From contig BQFW01000009.1 of assembly GCA_020891255.1 (NCBI GenBank), forward strand, positions 310,001 to 374,000: a stretch of DNA of 64,000 nt, read 5' to 3'. Positions within the stretch are counted from its first letter, which is position 1, and each line of letters starts with the position of its first letter. Below the pieces are notes generated by a model. The model was not told the DNA's origin and did no database searches. It saw only the letters and a list, made by a program, of their open reading frames with translations. Source of the stretch: Entomortierella parvispora E1425. Lineage: Eukaryota > Fungi > Mortierellomycota. The position numbers were made by a program, and so were the translations under genes. Below are positions 57,791 through 64,000 of this stretch, one piece after another.

Positions 57791-60700
57791 ATGAAGAGCG
57801 ACTTCAAGGTGCGTTGTAGACCATCATCTCTTCTTGTCGTCTCGCAACTCGCCTCTCTTCAGTACCAGAAAGGCTAACATCCTCTCTTTTGGACTCGATA
57901 GTTCTCGAACTTGTGCGGAACAGTTTACAAGCAGGGCAACCTCATCTTCACTCCAGATGGAAACTCGGTTCTCAGTCCCGTCGGAAACAGACTGACTGTC
58001 TTTGACCTTGTCAAGTATGGACTACTTCGCGTGGAGAGCAGCTTTTGCGGAACTTCTTCAGGACTGTTGAACTCATCCCTGTACCGCCTCTTTCTACCTC
58101 AAAACACAATAGCAACAAGGCCGTTACATTTCCTTATGAAAACAGAAAGAACATTGACAGGATTGCACTCAGCCCAAACGCCACTTTGTTGATTTCGGTC
58201 GATGAAGGTACTTTACAGCACAGAGTCAAATTTGTCAAAATGGATCAGGACAACGGCACCATTGAAACTAACCATGTTTGTTCGCTTTAACAGATGGTCG
58301 TGCTCTTCTGGTCAACTACAATCGCCAAATCGTCCTCCATCATTTCAACTTTAAAGGAAAGATCCATGACCTTCAATTCAGCCCGGACGGAAAGTAAGAG
58401 CCAGCCCCAAAGTCATGGATTATGTTTGTACATCATTGTTGGATCCTTCAAAAGGTACTAATATTCAACACTCTTTTACCATTTTAGGTACTTTGCTGTC
58501 ACCCATGGAAAGATGATTCAGGTCTGGAAAACTCCAGGATTCCATCGGGAGTTTGCACCAATTGTTCTCCACCGCACATACACTGGACATTACGATGACG
58601 TTACAGCCATTACCTGGTCCCCAGACTCGAAATACTTCTTGACAACCTCTAAGGATATGAGCGCGCGTGTGTACTCTGTCAACCCCGAGGAAGGATTTAC
58701 GCCATTCACCCTCTCAGGACACAGAGACACCGTTGTTGGCGCTTGGTTCTCCAAGGAGCAGGATGCCATCTACACAGTCAGTAAAGACGGAGCTCTGTTC
58801 GAATGGCGCAACACACTGATCAACCCCCAGGAGGAGGACGATGACTCGGACGATGAGAGCCCTATGCAGGTCGACAACGGCCCCAGGAGGTGGTCAGCAG
58901 TTCAGAGACATTTCTTCTTCCAGGAACATGCCAAGGTTGTTTGTGCTGCATACCATGCGCCCTCTGCCATGATGGTTGTTGGTTTCTCGAACGGTGTCTT
59001 TGGTATTTGGGAGCTTCCTTCCTTCACCAACATCCACACTCTTAGGTACGTAATGCAAGATCGGAAGAAAGGCGGACTAAATATCTGAGGAAATGTACTG
59101 ACGATATCTTTTATTGTCACTCTTACTCTTTTTTAGCATTTCACAAAAGAAGATCGACTCGGTCACCATCAACAAGACAGGAGAGTGGTTAGCATTCGGA
59201 GCATCAAAACTTGGACAGCTTTTGGTCTGGGAGTGGCAGTCAGAGTCCTATGTTTTGAAGCAGCAGGGACATTTCTATGATATGAACTGCTTGTCATACT
59301 CCACGGACGGTCAAAGTGTTGTCACTGGAGGAGATGATGGCAAGGTCAAGGTCTGGAACACCATCTCTGGATTCTGTTTTGTGACTTTTGCTGAGCACTC
59401 TTCAAAAGTTGCCGCCACAGAGTTTGCCAAGAACGGCCAAGTCGTCTTTTCAGCTTCATATGACGGAACTGTTCGAGCCTACGATCTCGTCCGTTACCGT
59501 AACTTCAGGACATTTACCTCGCCAACTCCAGTCCAGTTTTCGTCGTTGGCTGTGGATCCCAGTGGAGAGATTGTGTGCGCAGGAGCTCAAAACACCTTTG
59601 AGATCTATGTGTGGTCTGTCCAGACCGGCAAGCTGTTGGATATCTTGAACGGACACACTGCACCCATTTCATGTCTTGCATTCTCACCTACAGCCCAGTT
59701 CTTGGCCTCTTCATCTTGGGATCGCTCCATTCGTACTTGGGATGTTTTTGGTCGCGGCAAGAGCGTGGAGAGCTTCACCCACATGTCCGAGGTTCTCGCT
59801 TTGGCCTTCCGTCCTGATGGAAAGGAGCTGTGCGGATCCACTTTGGATGGTCAATTGAGTTTCTGGGATGTCGAGTCGGCTTTGCAAACAGATGTGATTG
59901 ATGGACGTCGTGATATCTCTGGAGGTCGTAAAGCCGAGGACAAGATCACAGCTGAGAACTCTACATCGGGCAAGCATTTCAACTCTCTCTGCTACACTGC
60001 TGACGGAACCTGCATCATTGGAGGAGGCAACAGCAAATACGTCTGCATCTACGACATCAAGGCCAACATCTTGGTCAAGAAGTGGCAGATCTCCAAGAAC
60101 TTGTCCTTTGATGGCACATTAGAGTTCTTGAACTCCAAGAACATGACAGAGGCTGGCGCCATGGACTTGATCGAGGACGACGATGACATGAGTGATTTGG
60201 AGGATCGTCTTGATAACGCTCTTCCTGGTACCAAGGACCTTTCCAAGCGTAATGTCCGACCAGAGATCCGGACAAAGGCTGTTCGCTTCTCGCCCACTGG
60301 ACGTTCCTGGGCAGCAGCCTCTACTGAGGGTCTTTTGATCTACTCTTTGGACGATACTTTGATGTTCGATCCCTTTGATTTGGAGATTGACATCACCCCC
60401 GAGACCATTTTGGAGACGTTGGAGGAGAAGGACTACCTGAAGGCGTTGGTGATGGCTTTCCGCCTGAACGAACGTCAGTATATCCAGAGGTGTTACGAGG
60501 CCATTCCACCATCCGATGTGAGATTGGTTGCCCGTCAATTGCCCGTCAAGTACTTGGAGAGACTGATGAAGTTCATTGCAAGCTATATGGAGGACTCACC
60601 CCACTTGGAGTTCCATTTGATCTGGTGCACGAGTCTGTTGATCAGTCACGGCAAGTACTTGAAGGACCACTCTGGCGAGTTCTTGACCGTGTTCAGGGGT

Positions 60701-60912
60701 CTGCAGAAGGGTGTTGGCAAGATGCATGAAGATCTCGCAAAAGTGTAAGTCATTGCTCACTAGCAAATGCACGATTTTTTTTTTCCCTTTTTGGTATCGT
60801 ACTACCCGGAGATGCTGACTTTTTTTCTATTCTTTTTCTTTGTAAAATCTCTAGATGCAATGACAACTCCTACACGTTAGAATACCTCTTGTCGCAAGCA
60901 CAAAAGAACTAG
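57791..60912 (+). CDS. PWP2: WD40-repeat SSU processome subunit Pwp2/Utp1
   Basis: MKSDFK|FSNLCGTVYKQGNLIFTPDG, GQLLVWEWQSESYVLKQQGH, RAYDLVRYRNFRTF, WAAASTEGLLIYS. Confidence 0.95.
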
Positions 60913-61561
60913 AGATAGCGGGCCGTCGTTGCCGGTCATTACCCACAGCATATGCGCAGTCCTTGAGCAACAAGAGATAGCACTCCAAAAAAAACCTACA
61001 AGCCCACACTTTTGCATTAAAAATATCGCACATCTTCATTATCATTGCATGGCTACCGGCTTTTTCTAGGGCTTGGGTGCAGTACATGTACTGCGGCATC
61101 TCTACTTTGTTGGGACCAGTTGGCGCTATCCAAGGATGGATAAATACGGATATTGTTCTTGCAAGGTACAGAGGTTGGGATGCGGGACAACCATTTACCC
61201 AACCAATGAAATGAGGAGACTAAAGCTCAAAGGCAGCGTTTTCTGAGGCTCCTGTTGGGATGGGCTGAGCCCATGAAAGAAGAATCTCGATCCCCCTCTT
61301 CCTACCCTCGGGGTTTTGTGCTCAATTTTTTCTCTCTGCTTCGATTGACCCCTGCCGTTTTGGACTTTGTGATTGCACCTGGCAGATGGACCGGTTTGAG
61401 TGGAGTGATTGGGCGCGTCGGAAAACAAACAACACATTCTTATTTTGAGAAAATGTTTTTCCGGAAACGCGATATAAAAAGAGACTCGGAAGTCTTTGTG
61501 CTTCTCTTTCTTCATTCCTTGCCTTTCCAACCCTCTCTTCCCCACCCCTCAGACCACTACA

Positions 61562-62454
61562 ATGACCAACCCTTCTTTGAACGACGCATGCTGCAACACC
61601 CCTCCCACCTCGGCCGAGTGGACCAAGCGTGGCGAGGACAAGGTTCTCGGCACCAAGATTCAGGGCGAGGATCGCCTGGTGTACAGGACCGGACCCAAGG
61701 ACGCCAAGAGGGGTATCATTTCCGTCTATGACATTTTCGGATTCCACCCTACCGGTGTCCAGTTCTTTGACGTAAGAGCCATCAGAGAGAAAGGATATGG
61801 CGCTTTTTTGCTTCTTTTTCCTTGAAAAAAATATTCCGAATCTAATGCCGTTCAACCTCCACGGATCTTATTTTATGTTCACCTCCATAGCGCCTTGCCC
61901 TTTCTGAGGGAGGATTCCAGGTCTCGGTCCCCCACTTCTTCAAGGAGCTCATGCCCCTGTCATTGCTCACCGATCGTCCCGCTATCATGGCCTGGTTGGG
62001 TGCCCACGGTGACTACACCAAGTGCCACTTCAAGGAATATATTGATGCCGCTATTGAGGACTTGAGAGCCGATGGCTGCACCAGCTTTTCGATCGTCGGA
62101 CAGTGCTGGGGTGCCTATATTGCTGTTCAGGCTGCTTCGGAGCCCGGCAACCCCTTCTTGGCCTGCGGTGGTCCTCACCCCTCCATGATGTCGATTGAGG
62201 GCGTCAAGGATGTGACCTGCCCCTTGGTCTTGCTGCCTGCCCAGGAGGATGCTGACATGGTCCCTATCATTGAATCCTTGAAGCACAAGAACTTCAAGGT
62301 CGAGTCCAAGCAGGTCCGCTTCGACAATGTGCACCACGGATGGACTGGTGGCCGTGGCGACTGGTCTGACCCCGTGCAGTTCAAGGCTGGTTTGGAGGCC
62401 ATTGATATCCTTGCCCGCTACTATGCCGAGGTGGCTGCCGCTGCCAACTTGTAA
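61562..62454 (+). CDS. Dienelactone hydrolase family protein (Aim2-like), one intron (~61771-61890)
   Basis: ACCNTPP N-terminus, YDIFGF, nucleophile GQCWGA, acid AQED and HHGW. Strong C-ending codon bias. Confidence 0.88.
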
Positions 62455-62575
62455 ATAGGACGCTCTTTTAATCCATACCTTTTTTTTCATAAAATGAATC
62501 TTGTAGAGATTCAACCCATATTTCAAAGAATCATCCAATTGCCAACAAACACCAGGGAATGTAGAAAGAAGTGGC

Positions 62576-62606
<31 letters not shown>

Positions 62607-62656
62607 CAAGGTAGAGAGTTTGAGGAATTGAGTTCACAACTTTTTTTCAAACGGTA

Positions 62657-64000
62657 TTATTGATTCGCGGCTGGATCTTGCGCCAGTCGCAGTGCTACTT
62701 GACCCCATCGGTCCCAGAGATCCTGCGCCGTCTCGATCGTGTCCCCGACGGCATTCACCGAGTACTTTTCCACGCGATCCTTTCGCGTGGACGCTTCTTC
62801 TTGCAAGAGGCAGCCTCCTCCGAGGCAGGTGGCCTCCTTTTCCCAATAACTCTCAGCAGAGAGCGAATTTGCGAGATACTCCGTGTAGTTCAGTGATCGT
62901 CCCTCTTGCACAGCAGTGACAACCCTATCCACAAAGATTCGCCAGCGGGGATAATAATACTCTTTGACGATACCTGCCCATTCCTTGGATGCGTAATCGG
63001 CCAATCCAGCCTGGCCCTTGGGACCCCACCAGGTCACTTGGTTTCGAGCATTGTACTCTAGATAGTCCGCATAGGTGTCCTCGACCCCCTCTATGTAGGT
63101 CGTGTTGCCCGTCATTTTTCTTACCACCTTTGCAGAGACACGGGCATCTCGAATCCATGGCCCCACCATAAAATGAGAATGTGTGGCCAGGATTCGATCC
63201 GTGTCCAGGATGGCGTCCAACAGCCCGTTACCCAAGGATCGTGTCGTCGCCAAGTTTTTAGATCGGTAAGCCGCCACAAATTCGCGATGGAGACCCGGAA
63301 TCACAATCGCGACCATGATCTCTCGCGTGACATCCACAAGATCATAACGAAAACTGGAGACATTCAAAGGAAGTTCTGCTTCTGTGGGTAGTTGACTGGA
63401 TCCAGCTGGATCGGATCGGGTGACGATGGTGTAAGGCGAAGATGGTGAAGAGGTTATTGGTGCAAAGGTAGCTGTAGATGTAGTCGACTTTTGCTGCTGT
63501 TGTCCCACAGTGTTCTTGTAGGCGTCCCGAATTTGATTCGAGAAGGAGGTCCAAAGCGTGGTGACAGTGCCTTGAGATCCACCTGCTGTCTTGGTAATGT
63601 TACTGGTGCCACCTCCAGTCACTGCCGCAGTGAAGATTGCCTGGAATGCGTTTTGAATCACGCCATGGCCTCGCCGCTCCTTGGACGCCTCAGTTTGGGT
63701 GGAATCAATCAACTGAGTCCAGGCATTGACCACCGTGGGCTTGTCGTACCAAAAGTGTGTGGACATGAACCCGTCACGCTTCATGTCCAGAGCAGGGGTA
63801 ATGTCCAAAATGGATTTGGACTGGGACATTTGGCCAGATCGAATGTCCCAGACAGTTGTGGAGAGTGTCCTCCATACTTGGAGAACAGCGTCTGACGTTT
63901 GATTGGGACCGTAGCGGCGTCGAATAAAGTCATCGAGGTGCTTTTGACTGTCCAGAGGTCCTTGATTCAAGAGGACTGCCCCGTTTTCTGGGACTTGTGA
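62657..64000 (-). CDS. Alpha-N-acetylglucosaminidase (GH89/NAGLU) C-terminal part; 5' end outside window
   Basis: FRYDLVDVTRE, DTDRILATHSHFMVGPWIRDAR, EYNARNQVTWWGP..DYASKEWAGIVKEYYYPRW. Confidence 0.88.
   Translation of the reverse strand, partial: SQVPENGAVLLNQGPLDSQKHLDDFIRRRYGPNQTSDAVLQVWRTLSTTVWDIRSGQMSQSKSILDITPALDMKRDGFMSTHFWYDKPTVVNAWTQLIDSTQTEASKERRGHGVIQNAFQAIFTAAVTGGGTSNITKTAGGSQGTVTTLWTSFSNQIRDAYKNTVGQQQQKSTTSTATFAPITSSPSSPYTIVTRSDPAGSSQLPTEAELPLNVSSFRYDLVDVTREIMVAIVIPGLHREFVAAYRSKNLATTRSLGNGLLDAILDTDRILATHSHFMVGPWIRDARVSAKVVRKMTGNTTYIEGVEDTYADYLEYNARNQVTWWGPKGQAGLADYASKEWAGIVKEYYYPRWRIFVDRVVTAVQEGRSLNYTEYLANSLSAESYWEKEATCLGGGCLLQEEASTRKDRVEKYSVNAVGDTIETAQDLWDRWGQVALRLAQDPAANQ

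Noticed and set aside
62579-62606. Long poly-T as a retrocopy poly(A) tail of the GH89 gene
   Set aside because: Similar homopolymers occur in several introns here (~3707, ~6797, ~45508), and no TSD is present.
61960-62637. 225-aa antisense ORF over the hydrolase, and similar antisense ORFs over other genes
   Set aside because: Expected shadow of biased codon usage; no motifs.
1-64000. tRNA, rRNA or CRISPR arrays
   Set aside because: No cloverleaf, rRNA-like segment or regularly spaced repeat-spacer array recognised; tRNAscan/Infernal were not run.

Overview
Intron-rich fungal genomic DNA (~50% GC). Gene style and F-box families suggest Mortierellaceae or a related early-diverging fungus (inference). 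Host genes in order: BTN1/CLN3 (5' partial); a SAP-like/His-rich membrane protein; a 7-exon gene for a ~3,800-aa multi-ASH/Ig-fold protein; BCK1-type MAPKKK; an F-box pseudogene; UMP1; a MYND-finger gene; a Myb/SANT-like ORF and a decayed PIF/Harbinger transposase; TFG1; SGS1/RecQ; ECM29; an F-box protein; HEM25; PWP2; a dienelactone hydrolase; and a GH89 alpha-N-acetylglucosaminidase (partial). The standout is a complete, apparently intact 4,248-bp DIRS1-type tyrosine-recombinase retrotransposon (35104-39351) with identical 108-bp inverted repeats and a perfect internal complementary region. It uses all three + frames. It carries an in-phase G GGA AAC slippery site, a 6-nt spacer and a hairpin, predicting a -1 frameshifted Gag-Pol. 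It also has a 1,269-codon overprinted recombinase ORF and sits ~50 bp upstream of the SGS1 start codon. No tRNA, rRNA or CRISPR array was recognised. All calls are from reading the sequence by eye; no searches were run.
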